Source: Adineta vaga
Lineage: Eukaryota; Animalia; Rotifera
Direction of reading: 5' to 3'
NCBI GenBank assembly: GCA_021613535.1
Contig: CP075497.1
Location: forward strand, 13,454,001 to 13,518,000
Length of the DNA stretch: 64,000 nucleotides
Below are positions 1-13,319 of the stretch, in pieces (position 1 is the stretch's first letter; each line of letters starts with the position of its first letter). A model generated the notes under the pieces. That model did no database searches, was not told the origin of the DNA, and worked only from the letters and a program-made list of their open reading frames with translations. The translations under genes were made by a program, and so were the position numbers.

Positions 1-16
1 TATTTATTTATTTAAG

Positions 17-701
17 ACGAAAGAATTATACATTATTTGATATAATCAATGAAAATATTCAAAAAACATATCTTAAATCTGTTGAATATATTCATATTGC
101 AAATAAAAATCTTATTCAAAATTGTCAATATTATTTTCCAAATGTGATTACACTTACTCTTGAAGATAGTTTTTCATGTACTCTTGATTCAATTATAGTT
201 GATCTTAATCGTGTTATCACTTTATCACATCTAACAAAATTGATACTCGATTCTCATTATTTTTCATTAATAAAATTAATGAAATTATTACTTTTCTCTC
301 CAAATATTCATACATTAGTATTCAATTTACTTTCACTTTATGAACTTAATATTCAAACTCTTTCACAAAATGAAACTTTTCAAATAATATCTCGTACAAA
401 TATTATTACAGATATAACTTTGAAAAAAGTTTGTTCATTGGATAAACTTGAAATACTTATGGATTTGTTTCCTCGAATGGAACGTCTTCAAATATTGATC
501 TATTCAAAAGATTCAGAAATAATTGTACGATATATATTGAAAAAAACTAAAGAACAGAGTAATAGTCATTTACACTCTGTTTGTCTCAAGAGTGCAACGA
601 AAATATGGACAAACAGAATAAAAACATTAATTGATTCAGAAAAATTACTCGATAATTATATGTTAAAATTTATTGATGATGCTTTAGATTTATGGTGGTA
701 A
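17..701 (+). CDS. Last exon of an F-box/LRR-like lineage-expanded protein (5' part lies outside the window)
   Basis: Acceptor tttaAG at 15-16, then an open frame RKNYTLFD...YYFPNVITLTL... with LRR-like segments, ending LDLWW*. The C-terminal style matches 44086-44760 (IYLWIG). Confidence 0.7.
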
Positions 702-1299
702 TTATAACGTATGTTTTTAATAATCTATGATGAATAATTATATTTTATGAAAAACATTTGATTCAGATGTGAATATCGTGTACATCTTTTTCTTTATTGA
801 ATAAAAACTTAATCATTACTCTTTCTAATATGATCATGAATCATCATATTCTTATGAATTGTATCGAAAAAGTTTTATATAGGTCGATGAGCTGGGTCAG
901 TCTCTTTCAAACGACATCAAATTGAACTTTATATATGATTGTAGAGATATTCGCCCGTCTTTCTTTTCTGAATAGATATTCATATTTTGTACTATCTTTT
1001 TATATGAACACACAAATTAACTGTTTGACAAAAAAGAAGATAGATAACACAGTGCACACAGTCACTCAATTCCGATTTTCAGCTACTAAGTGTAAGCAAA
1101 ATTCGTCTTAAATCTAACTAAAACAATATTCCTGACCGCTTTTTTTTTCGGATTCTAAAGTCGTGCGTTGAAAAGTCTGAAATTAATCTTAAGAAACCTG
1201 ATAATTCCAAAATGAAAAGTAAAAATATTACGACGAAATTTTTTCTCAAATGAGATCCTTGGCAAATTTTGTTCACTTACAGATGCTGAAAACCGTAAA

Positions 1300-2100
1300 T
1301 ACAAAGTCTTTTATTGTTTGTATAATGGTGAATGGATTTTAGGAGTTATCTTCAACATACATATCGTTCTAACTCACTTATATTCATTTATTATTCCATT
1401 GTTTTATCTTCAGAATAATGATGAAAAGATATATTCTTTTTTGTTTTAGTTCAATTGAAATAATTTTATCGTATGAAACTAAATCTATTTTCTTTATGAT
1501 ATTTTGAAAATAATATTAATCAAATAGTAGCTAAACGTCTTGATCTATGAACAACTTATCTTTATATTTGTCCTACTCTTTACTACTTTTGACATTTTCT
1601 CTCTCTATACAATTGTTCAACGACAAATGTCGACAAAAATTCTTGATAAATCATCTTATAATCTGTATGATTCTTTCAAACAATAATATGGTGATCAATG
1701 TCGAATGTTCATATATTCAAGTATTTCATCGGTACATCATAGATTTAGTTACTATAGAATCATCTTTTCATGAAGTAAGAAGAAAGTAATGACATTCTGC
1801 TTTTATCATACTCTTATTTACAGATCTGTTCAAGTCCATTCACTTCAAATTAATGGCGAATTGATCTTACAAGAAATATGTATTCTGATCTTTCTAATTA
1901 CATATGATCAACAAGATTATCGTCGATTTCTTTCTTCATTATTTTTATCACAAATCAACTTTTATCAAACGAAAATTTCAATGATCGTCTGTTTTCATTG
2001 CTTGAACAAATTAAATCAATTTCTTTTCTTCATTCGAAATATAAATCATGAAAATGCTTTTATATCAATATATGGAACTAATTACAAATATATTACTTCG
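1300..2100 (+). pseudogene. Degenerate fragment paralogous to module 3 of the 14832-22445 gene
   Basis: Contains DQQDYRRFLSS and FIRNINHENAFISIYGTNYKYI, matching QNDYRRFFSS and LIRSINHGNAFPSNYGTNYEYI at ~20180-20465. Interrupted by stops and frameshifts. Confidence 0.7.
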
Positions 2101-2138
2101 AATATGAACGGCTCCGGATGTATAAATCTTGTCGGATC

Positions 2139-2500
2139 CGATGAACACATTTTGATCTGAGTGGTTGATAATCTCTCCTTTATCATCAGTTTTCATGGGA
2201 AAATGATAGAAACCCTATGTAAAAGTCCATCGCTATAAAACCCTACGGAGAAAACTTTTCGGAGGAGCGAAGTTCGTATCTTTATGAAATTAGTAGGAAA
2301 AGTTTGCTTCATGGAAATCTTTTGAATTAAGTACTCCCCAGAAAAGTTTCCTCCGTAGGGTTGTAGACAAAAATTTGTTCTAGAAGACCTGCTAAGCCGC
2401 CATGCTCTCGAATTCTACATAGAGTTTCTATCATTTTCCCATGAAAATTGATGATCACTGTTCTCTTTAATATTTTGAGGTCGACAAAACGTGTTCATCG
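2139..2500. mobile_element. Foldback/MITE-like element with three nested inverted-repeat pairs
   Basis: IR pairs at 2139-2154/2485-2500, 2182-2224/2413-2455 and 2239-2260/2341-2362, each with 1-3 mismatches. Confidence 0.7.
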
Positions 2501-2532
2501 AAAAGCTGTATCAGTTTATTAGGTTTGTTTAC

Positions 2533-2535
<3 letters not shown>

Positions 2536-2562
<27 letters not shown>
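2536..2562. repeat. (TA)n microsatellite
   Basis: Pure AT dinucleotide run. Confidence 0.95.
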
Positions 2563-2566
<4 letters not shown>

Positions 2567-2650
2567 TTTTGATCAAAATCATAATCAATCAAAGGTATTT
2601 ATTTCTGATATCATAAACAAAGTATGAGAAGATATTGTTGATTATTTTCC

Positions 2651-3412
2651 TTATGATGAATTATTTGATGAAGATCCGCTCAAAGGAGTTCTTGAACGAC
2701 GAACGGAGGTAGTTGGTAACACGACTACGAATTCATGACCTTCTAAAAGAGGTCCGAGAATCCATTTCGATTGAATATTTTTCAGTATTATCAAAACTTC
2801 CTTATGATCAACAAAAAAGTCAGTTTTTATGAGAGAAACAGATTGTTCATTGGTATCAAAAATCGAACCAATCAGTTGATTAGATGAAAGATAAGGAATT
2901 TTGAAAGTTTCAATAATATCTTTTGCATGATTAGAGATAAATTTCAAATCGATTGGAATACGATTTCAAGCGTTGGAGAGAGCCATTATAGCATAAGGAT
3001 GTGAAGATGCAAGTCCAATGGCAACAACATCTTGAATATTATTCTTAGCCATAGAAAGTAGAGTACCTGCTATACCTCGACCTTGATAAGCAGAACTAAC
3101 AACTAGTTGAGTAATCCAAACTACATTACCATTTAATCGATTATAGTTGATATATGTGCAGAAAGCATGACCGATCAGTTCAAATTGATTATTATCTAAT
3201 GAACGCATCTCTGCAATGACAAGAAAACAACGATCATTGAAAAGCATTAATTCACGAAGATGTTTGACTCCAAGTTTAACACGAGAACCAGTTTGTAAAA
3301 TATTGTTACTATGAAGAGAAGCATTGCGGTATTCCAAATACCATAATTGTTGTTAAATAATGTAGAACATTTTTTGAGAATTTAATCTGTCAACAATGGA
3401 TATTGAATACAT
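2651..3412 (-). pseudogene. GNAT N-acetyltransferase of a fungal/microbial type, disrupted
   Basis: GNAT motif A: WITQLVVSSAYQGRGIAGTLL. The N-terminal TD*ILKKCSTLFNNNYGIW lies in a shifted frame. An in-frame TGA at 2966-2968 joins the two predicted ORFs. C-terminus: DFFVDH...W.LGPLLEGHEF. No introns. Confidence 0.75.
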
Positions 3413-4308
3413 GTATAAGAAATTGGATTAATAGATGTCATTTATATATCTGAAACAAAGATATAATAAATAAACTTCTGTCTCTCTCTCTCTCAATCAT
3501 TCAGATATTTTTGGATTCCAAAGAAAAGAAGAACATGATTTATATTTACTTTGAACTATTCAATATTGATCCAGATTTGAAATGAAGTTTATTGTCCATA
3601 TGGACTAATCAGATAATTGCTTTTATAGGTGTCACTAATAATTATTATTCAAATTTCAAGTTTGACACTATTGCACGTGTGGCACTGTCGTTACCTGAGG
3701 ATGACAAGGTAACGCATAGGATGAGTTAATGAATGATGGTAGATTTATACGTTTTATCATTTTTTCAATGTTATAATCGTAACTATTTTGCTCTCTGTCC
3801 TTGAAACAAACACTCGAGAGGAGAGAAATATATTTTCTTTTCATTTCTTAAAAGAAAAGAATGTACTTTCTTGTAAGAATGACCTTTCAAGTTTGTTTTC
3901 GATATGACCGATATTCGATATTCTCGTATAGAAACATTTTTTTTCCTTTTTAAACATTCCAAAGATGATACACTTTATGTAATATACTAATTTTTACAAA
4001 TAATAAAAACATTATTGTATAATAAAATGTCACTAAAAAGGTTTTTATACATAATGATACTTAGAAAAGAAAACTCTTATAAATAAGTACGATCCATTAT
4101 TTCGAATATACGTCATAGAAATGTATTGCGCATAAGATATTTGAAGTATTTAATTCGTGTATGTTTTTCATTTATATGCATCTATATAAACAAAAGAATT
4201 TTCTTACTTTTATTTAAAAAATGTTAAACGCAGTTTAATTATGAGAATATTATTAAATAATATCCAATATGATCTTTTTTTTTAGATATTCTTTTATTAT
4301 TTGATATA

Positions 4309-6035
4309 ATGTTTTATTTACATTCTTATGTTAATCTTTGTCAATGCTTTCTTTTTCTTTCAATTTGCAAATTGGTTCATTTACAAAATATTTTTACCAC
4401 TACAATAGTTCTTGAACAACCTGGTACACAATTTATTCCTATTAGTATGTCAATTCAATTACTTTCAGTTAATCTTGTTGAATCAATCATGAAATGTAGT
4501 ATGTTATGTAATAATAATGTTCTATGTGGTGTTTATGATTATGAAGTATCTGTAACAAATCAATGTCGACTTTTTGAAGGTAATGCAAATACTATGGGTC
4601 AGATTGCTCCATCATCATATCTTCAATCAAATGTTGGTATTGTTCAATTTACATCAGATCTTTTTGAAGAATATGGACAAAACTGTGTATCTTCTTGTTA
4701 TCACAGTCGATATCTTCGATGTAACAATAATTCTAAATGTGATTGTATGCCACATACTTATTGGAATTCATCAATATTAATGTGTGTTCCACAATTATTA
4801 AAACGTGGTTCATCTTGTCAACAGAATATGAATATGTGTCGAGAAGATCTTAATTATACATGCTTACAATTTAATCAATGTGGTCGTAAGTTATATGATA
4901 ATTTGTTTATTTTCTTTGTTATTAGATGAGTTAAGAATTTAAAATGAAAATTTTCTTATATCTTTTAATGAATAAGTATTGTCATTAATAATATAGAGAA
5001 AAGAATAAAAATACGAATTTACATTTGTTTCATCTATTCTTTAAGTTAATGAATTTATTTTTTATTTTAGCAATATCAATACTCTCTGGTACAACAATTA
5101 TTGACAGTAATACGGTAATTAATGGAAGTTTAATTATTGGTCTCAATAGACCTATTGGAATCAATGTATTTTCAACAAATGTTGATTCATTAGTTATCGC
5201 AGATTCCAATAATAATCGTATCATTGGTGTATGGGATGCTAATGGAATGGGTAAAAATATTTCAATAATAGCCACTGAATGGTCACCTGGACATTCATTA
5301 TGTAATCCTTTTGATGTTTATGTCGACAGTAGCAATGGATATAATCTATATGTAAGTGACTATTGTAATTCTCAAGTCGTACAATATAAAAATATGCAAA
5401 CTATTAATCCACCTCCACTTATTGTAGCAGGTTATCAACAAAGTAGTGGAACAGGACTTCGATATTTAAATGGACCATTTGGAATTGTTGCAGATAGTCA
5501 TAATAATGTTATAGTGGCTTCTTTAGCAGACAGCCGGGTACTATTTTGGCGACCGAATGCTACAAATGGTTCAATAATAGTTGATTTTGATACAAGTGGT
5601 AATAGTTTTATGAATAACGACGGAATATGTGGTATCGCATTTGATGAACAGAACTCGTTATTATATGTTGCTGACACTTACAATCACAGAATTCAACGTT
5701 ATTCAATAAATAATAGTTGGCCTTGTAATGGAACTATAGTGGCTGGTGGAAATGGACCAGGTAGTAGAAGTGATCAGCTATATTATCCTAATGATGTATG
5801 GGTATCGAAGAAAACAGGAACTTTGTATATAGCAGACTCAGCTAATAATAGAATTCAACGATGGGAAAAAGGAGCAACCGAAGGTGTCACAATTGCAGGA
5901 AATCCTTATGGTTATGGAGGTATCAGTTCTACTTTATTCGATGCTGCAGTTAGTATAACTATCAATACTAACGAAACATATATGTATGTCACCGATATGT
6001 TCAACAATCGTATACAAAGATTTGAGCTTATCTAA
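4309..6035 (+). CDS. Secreted PAN/Apple + Cys-rich (EGF-like) + NHL-repeat protein; exons 4309-4885 and 5071-6035
   Basis: Signal-like N-terminus; PAN pattern CSMLCNNNVLC...CRLF; NHL repeats (YVADTYNHRIQ, YIADSANNRIQ, YVTDMFNNRIQ). The GT-AG intron 4886-5070 keeps the frame. Confidence 0.85.
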
Positions 6036-6282
6036 ACTAATGACAAGCATATTTTCTTCGTAATGATCGTATTAATTGACAATATATATATATATAATAT
6101 TTTTAAGAAAAAAAAATATTGATTTTTATGTTGTCATTTTATCAATCATCGTTTGTTTTGTCTTTTTGAATTATATTATCAGAACTCTTAAATGATCTTT
6201 TAATTAATTTCATCTTTTGTGATCATTGAGAAAACTTCACAATATTTCAAAAGTTAGATATAAAAAAATAATTTATGAGTAT

Positions 6283-6345
6283 TTGAGGATGTGGGTGGGT
6301 GTAGACGTAGATGTTAGACAGATGTAGTGGACACACGCACCCACA
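6283..6345. repeat. Telomeric-repeat mini-hairpin (degenerate copy)
   Basis: ttgaggatgtgggtgggtgt...cacgcacccaca. Confidence 0.6.
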
Positions 6346-8109
6346 TGGGTAAGTTTAAAACTACTCATTACTTTTATCTATATAATAGGAAATATCGAAT
6401 TTATAATGAAAAGAAGTTTTTAAAGAAGAATAAATCTTGTAGAAACTTTGTTTTTTTTCTAGATTATCATTGTAGTTAAATCAAATAACATTGGCTATTC
6501 GAGTCTTTGTTTATATTGTTATATTTTGTCATTTTGATTGGAATATATGATCAATTTTATTTTTCAGAGCTTTGTTATTGCATCAACTATAGAACATATT
6601 GCTCTATCATTTCTATCTAATCTAATATGATGAGAAATGTGCATTGGATATACTATAAATAATGATTTAACTGATTTTTATTGTTGGTTGTCGTCATATA
6701 TATTTGGATGATACTATATGTGATGGACCATTAATTCTTAACATATTCTTTAGTGTAATCGCTTTAAGATATTGTCTTACTCGTCAAATTGATGTTTCTG
6801 ATTTGACACTTTATGCTGCAATTAATGATCCGTTCTCGAATTTTCCTCGACAAAGAACTAGATTAAGACGATATTGTGTAACAAGAACATAACGAAAGTT
6901 TCGTTGTACATTAATTCGATTTGTTGTTTTCGAGAGAATTTACAATCATTGTCGTTATGAATAATAATTATCAACAAAGATTTCAAATTAGTTGTTCATA
7001 TTGTATTTATCATGGAATAAATAGATTTCTGACTAAAAAAAACTCATTTTGAGGATATGGATATGAGTTAACCCTTTGATTACCAAATTATTTTTTGCTA
7101 AATTCAATTGAAGTAAATAATAAAATCAGCTTATTCTAGACCTAAGATTTCGAATACTGTTCACACTAGCTTGCATTCAAATCGTAAATAAATGCCGTCA
7201 TGTATGATTGAGTTATCGTATCTAGAGCAAAAGAAGAAGAAGAAGAAGAAGAAGAAAAAACACCGTAAAACTTTCTATTACTCCTTTTCAAGCGATTAGT
7301 TCCTAATTTTTATAAATGGTATTATGAGCAATATGAAAAAAAAAACAGGTGTAGCCTTTTTATACTGCGGCAGCCAAAGGGCTAATGAAAGAATTTATTT
7401 TTCTCAATAAGAAAATCTCGTTCTCAAAGAAATATCGAATAAGTCTAAAACAAGTTGTTGTATCTTTCAATCTATATAGCATGGGTTTGAATTATTTTCT
7501 CTTTCATATAATTTTAACATCTAGAAATGATAATTATCGAGAAATTAAATCTATTATCGATCCTGATCCATTAACACTAAATAAATATGACTGAAGCATT
7601 GCAAATTGATTCATTTTCATACTCCCAACAGAATCTCAGAGATATTTATTCCCACTGAAAAAAATACGACACCCATCTTGAGGGTGGATGTCATTCATTC
7701 ATTCATTTATCTTACTTTCCCATCTATTCTCTATCTCGTAGAGAAGAGTCTTAGAAACATAAATTGTTTGCTTGATTGCTTGTGTGTCCGCACTTCACTG
7801 ATTGGTCGAAAAACGAATTGAAACTACTAAATTAGATCACTTCCTAAAAAGTTTAGCACAAGGGTTTTTGGGGTCGAGGAACTCAGATTTGGTGTTAGTG
7901 TTTTGAAAATTAAAAAAATTTCTTGAAACAAAGGGTACCGATATTTGGAAAAAATGTATAACAGTATGATACCGGGTGTAGTCAAGTGTATAAGTATAAT
8001 AAATAAAATATTGTGTTCAATGTCTGGTGATGTAATAATTAATAATTAATCTTCATAAACGAACTTTGAAGTAACGTCCGTATATCTGATAAAAGAACTG
8101 AACTTCTTC

Positions 8110-9178
8110 TTGCGGTCTATTACCTTTGGTACCAAACATGCCTGTGAACTAGGGCTTTCGAATGGTACTCAAGGAATTTTTCGAGAGCTCATATACGATG
8201 ATCAGGAAGATCCGAGTGATTTAAGAATAAAAAACGAAGTCTTTCCCTCAAATACAATCTACATACGAAAACCATTGTATGCGCTCGTAGAAATTAACAC
8301 ATCACAAGTAGAAACAAGCCTCGATGGACTTCGTCCTAAACTAATCCCTATTCCACTCGTCAGAAAGCAATTTACTGTTTCCGCCAAGCAACTCTTCGGT
8401 CAAATATTTGAATGTATGGAAAGTAGAAAAAAAGTTTCACAAGTGATTGAAATTACACGAACACAACTATCAATTGTACCTGCCTTCGCAATAACTACAT
8501 ATAAGGCGCAAGGACTCATAATGAATAAAATTGTAGTCGATCTTCAGATTCCACTTAAGGCATTACAAGTGGCATCAGTATATGTACCACTCAGCAGAGT
8601 AAAGAGAGCGGAAGATGTGGCTATTCTTCGGCCTTTCGATATGAAGGTGCTGCAAATTCGACCTTCTCTTACTCAAGACGCTGAACTGAAGCGTCTCGAT
8701 GAACTTGACAGAAAGACAAAACGAGAGTGTACCTCTTTCATTTTTTGAACGTGTATAAGTCGATACTTTGCTAAGAGTTTAGCGTTATTGCAAGCATGCA
8801 AAGCGTATCTATATTTGAAATTATCTCAAAATAATTATTCATACATGTTCATTTTCTTTATCCCTCTATTTACATTTCTGTTACTTATGGTATAACTATC
8901 TCTTTTCTCTTATTGTATCAAATATTGCCTATCGTGTTTTCTTGATTTCGCTTTTTGATATAATCATTCATAATCTTTCCCATTGTATTGATACTTCTTC
9001 GGAATATCTAATCTTCTATTTAACATTTGGTACAAATATCTATTGTTGCTTTTGTGAAAATATCTAATCTATGCTACAAATAAACTTTTATACACAATAA
9101 TGTATTAATAATATAATGTCTGAAAGCAATATTTCTACGAGAAAGAGCTAAGCGAGTCCAAAGACGAGCGTTACTTGT
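8110..9178 (+). mobile_element. 3' relic of a Helitron/Helentron: PIF1-like helicase C-terminus (8110-8748) plus terminal hairpin
   Basis: Helicase motifs GLSNGTQG, PAFAITTYKAQG and VYVPLSRVK. The end gagtccaaagacgagcgttacttgt (~9153-9178) resembles the HINE end at 12991-13016. Confidence 0.8.
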
Positions 9179-9560
9179 GTAGTTTATAATTGAGATTATT
9201 CTTCTTTTTTTTTATCATTTACTTCTTCAAGATGTTTTACAACCATTTCTAATGAATAGAATACAATAAATATACATCTTATAATGTTTCTGAGTGCTTA
9301 ATTATATATTTTATCTCTATAGAATTATTGCGCACAATTTATTTCATTTGTCATTTTACATGTTTATAGCTATGGTTATTTCTTTGAATCTTTTTAGTCA
9401 ATTATAGATAATATATTCACAGATATCAATTTCGATATTTTAGTGATCGGAATCAATGAAGAAGATGATAATAATAGATAAGATTATAAAGTATATTTTA
9501 TTTAAACTAAAACATCATACAAAAAGCATTGACATAAAACTATAAGAATAGTTTTTCTAG

Positions 9561-10489
9561 TTAATGACGAGTTTTATTGAAACAACGATTTATGCGTTCT
9601 TTCCAATATTGACGAACTTCATGGTTATAAATAAATAAATCGATTATTTGAATAGTAATAGTAAATGTGGGTAGAATCTGTAATACATTATACAAAAAAT
9701 CTGGTAGTATGATATCTCTCAGAGTTAAAACAATATAAATTGGTCCCCATCCTAAAATAAATACAATAAACAAGAAAATGATATGTTTGAGTAATTTTAT
9801 ATCTCGACGATGTTGTTGATGATTTTTATTCGTGGCAGATGTGATAACCACGTTGACCTCATGAACACGTCGACTAGATGATCGAACAAAAACCGCAATA
9901 ATCCCATTAAAAATTATGTTAACAATTACAGGAATTGTAACTATGACGGATAAAGTATAGGGCCAAATCCAACTGTAGAATCCAATGTCACCAACACTTA
10001 ACTACGTACAAATAATAGAGGGAACATATTTTTTTGTTTCATAGATTTTACCTTTGAATTGTGAAGTAAAATTGGTATTGAGATAAGTAAAGTAAACATC
10101 CATTGTACACTTATTGATGAATATGCCCAAGTTTTATTTTTATAAAATCGTTTCATTGGAAAACATATTGTAAAACATCGACTAATAGTAATGACTACTA
10201 GAGAATGAACTACTAAACAACTTATAATATTTCCAGCAGATACTGTAAGTGTCCATAAGATAGGAGTTCCATAAAGAATGCTTATATCGAATATACTGGA
10301 TGTTTTCACTATAGCCCAATATATAACACACATGAGACAAATTAAACAGAAATTAGCCGTCAAAATATTATTTGCAGTATGAAAACGTTTGATAAAAATG
10401 ATTGTTAGAAGATAAAGTAATGGAAATGGAATGATAAGAATGAAAATGATAGCTTGTATAATAAGAACAATGTATAGTATATCTATCAT
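9561..10489 (-). CDS. Rhodopsin-like 7TM GPCR; exons 10489-10052 and 10001-9561
   Basis: Seven hydrophobic segments, ISRCFTI (DRY-like), FILGWGP in TM6. Phase-0 GT-AG intron 10051-10002. Confidence 0.85.
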
Positions 10490-12454
10490 GTTTACGTACT
10501 TTTAGAATAAGTTTTAGATGCAAAATAATGATGTTTACTTTTAAAAAAAGTTTTTTTCTTAGACTTTTATAGGTTTTTAGTTCAATGAGATAGAATTTAA
10601 TGTTGTTTTACACATTTATGGATTTAGTGCAAAAGATAATTTGATAAAAACATCTTTTCTCGTTTATTTGAACATAATAGTTGTGATGATTTTAATGGAA
10701 GAGATATATGCATCAATAGAACGATGCATTTTTTTTCAAGCATCGCATCACTCTGATGCAAAACACGTGATTATATACTTGTTTGTCGGATAAATTATTA
10801 GATGAAAATAATCGAAAGGACAAATATATTCAATCAAACAGAACTTCAAAATCGATATTGACTCCCTGAGGATTATCTGATATAACTGATAATTATAGTT
10901 TTAAATATGGACTTTGTTTTAGTTTAGTTGTGATGATTGTGATCAATGGAATCTCAGGTAATCATTAATTGTTTAAAATTATTCATAGATAACATCAAAT
11001 GTGAGAATATGAAGAAAAATTAAAAGAAGAAAATCGTGTTTTAACAAAATCTTTTGATTTCGAAAGATTATTAGAATGAAACACTTTAAGATCTATTTTT
11101 TTCTTGTCCATATTGTAGCTCTTTCGTTTAATCAATCCAAGTTTTGTCCGTCAGTAAAACGGAATTGGGATGAATTTGTTTTTACTTTTGAGAAAACGGG
11201 TGGCATCAAATTTCTATCATTCTATCTATTGATAGGTTACGTATGAATCATATGAAATTCCTCCTACCACACTAATCAACGCGAAATACATCCTCAAAAT
11301 ATTTGCTTGTTTTCTCTAAGATTTTGTTGCATAATGATTACTATACTTTTCTTATCCATATCAGAATCTCAGTATTGTGCACACCATAAAACTCAGAAAG
11401 TTAGAGTTTTTAAATATTACAATAGTATATGAACAAATATTTACAAGGAAATGATGAAAATAAAATGATATCATATGATAATAATGATAGTGTAGGAATT
11501 CATGATTGAGTGTGTGAGTATGAGAGAAGATGGTCGCTCAAATCAGCATAAACAAATTTCTATAATAAAAATCGTAAACATGAAGTGCACGATGTTTTTT
11601 TTCCATTATGAATAAGTATTTGATCCATATTTATTTCTCAGACATAGCTATACCATAATAGGTCGCGATCGATACAATCTTTGTGAACTAACGATAGCAA
11701 GACATGAGCATGAAATAGGAAAACTGCATTGGCTTATTGATTCTCTTCTACTTCAAAAACGTTTAAATCAAATGATCATAAAATTTTAACTAAGTCAAAA
11801 ACTCTACGATTCAGTAAAAATCACATCGGCTTGTTTGTTGGTAAACATGGTATATCAGCTGCCAAAATTTATAATGGATTAACACATTCATTGGTGTCAT
11901 TAAATAAAATTTAAAATAGAAATCTTATTGATATAGAAATATTTTTGTGTACTCAAAAAGTGAGTACACTACTAAAACCGATCAGTGTGTCCGGCCGTCC
12001 GTTTATCCGATAATTTTCGAAAGGAGAGTCCGATTGAGCTGAAATTTTCCACATAGTTCAGCCTCATTAATATCTCAGTCGAGTTCGAAGATGAGACCGA
12101 TCGGTCAAGAAATGCTTGAGTTCTCGTAAAAATACTGAAAACTGGCCAGACCATTCCTGAAGAGTAGTACAGGGATTTTTTGCCGAAGTTTTTTTTTCTT
12201 CATTTTCACAGGATATATCAGTCTGTTGGGCTTTATGTGCATTACCCTAGTGTCCTCAAGTCCTAAGAGTGAATGTGGGTGATATAAGTGATCTGGGTGA
12301 AATTTCACCCAGATGGTTTTACGGTAGGTAAAATCTTGAAACTTTAAATGGTGGTTTCCTAGACACAATATATCGTCGAGAACATGTTGGAACATGAGTT
12401 GAAACTATCGATAGGGGTTATTTGAGGAACCTGGGTGAAATTTCACCCAAGTGC

Positions 12455-13016
12455 TTTTATTCCCTCGACTGTAAGGAGGGTCATATGAAAAAAATAGTTT
12501 GTTTGTGGGTTAGTGTCAAGGTCAAAGGTCAAGGGTCAACAAAAAAAAATTAGCGATAGGACGCCTCAAATCATGGGTGTGTATAGAGCTGGGTATTGTG
12601 TGAAACCGTGGGTGATGGTATTGAGCTCGATGGTGAGTGAAATCATGGGTGTTGACTTGGGTGGTGGGTGAAATCATGGATGGGGGTGTGAGACCATGAA
12701 CGGGGGTTTTGAGCTGAGTGGTGGGTGAAATCATGAGTGGGGTATAGAGCTGGGTGCTGGGTGAAATACGTTTTTGCAAAAAATTTGATAGTTTGTTACC
12801 CAGGTCGATCAATCCGATACTCGGATCCGATCCGATCCAATATCGGATTTGTCGACCTGGGTATCGAAATTTAATATGTACACAAGCAAAAAAATGTGAG
12901 CCGGTTTCTCGTAAAATAAGCTGCTAGATGAATCAGTATCACTATTCGAACAAGCTAAAAATACTTGTCAATCACAGTCGAGGGTTACGTGAGTCGGCAC
13001 GACGAGCGTTACTTGT
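12455..13016 (+). mobile_element. Inner HINE inserted at a T-run of the outer HINE
   Basis: subTIR ccctcgactgt (12462-12472) / acagtcgaggg (12974-12984); 3' stem-loop gtcg-gca-cgac and CTTGT end; internal ~30-bp gggtgaaatcatgg repeats (12570-12770). The host repeat resumes after 13016. Confidence 0.8.
12799..12861. mobile_element. 63-bp mini-MITE (CCCAGGTCGA TIR, TA TSD)
   Basis: TA|CCCAGGTCGA...TCGACCTGGG|TA. Its two halves are the reverse-complement ends of the 15531-15747 element. Confidence 0.8.
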
Positions 13017-13319
13017 CGTAGGTAAAGTTTCAAAGTTGCTACGATGGTCTCCTAGGCACGAAATAACGTTGAGAACTTGTTGGAACATGAGGAAGGAGTG
13101 TGGATGACGATGAGGGCGAGGTTAACTTAAGTGAAGTGTCAGTCAAGATGTTTCACGTAGATAAGGTCGTCATAATTTCTCAGGTGGCTTCCTAGGTCTA
13201 CAGAAACGTTTATAAAGTGTTGGCACAATAGTAAAGATAAGAAGATGACCTATGTAAAGTTTTATGGTAACAGACAAGATGAAAATAGTTGGTATATGCA
13301 TAAGCCAGGTAATTTGTTT

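Noticed and set aside
6560-7000. Short exon-like pieces (DDTICDGPLILNIFF...)
   Set aside because: Likely a gene relic, but no coherent model or family could be supported.
11100-11900. Possible decayed gene with a KH-like HIGLFVGKHG motif (~11820-11850)
   Set aside because: Too fragmented to assign a frame or family.
12570-12770. ~30-bp repeats as a CRISPR array or telomeric tract
   Set aside because: The units are contiguous and degenerate with no unique spacers and no cas genes. They are internal repeats of the HINE.
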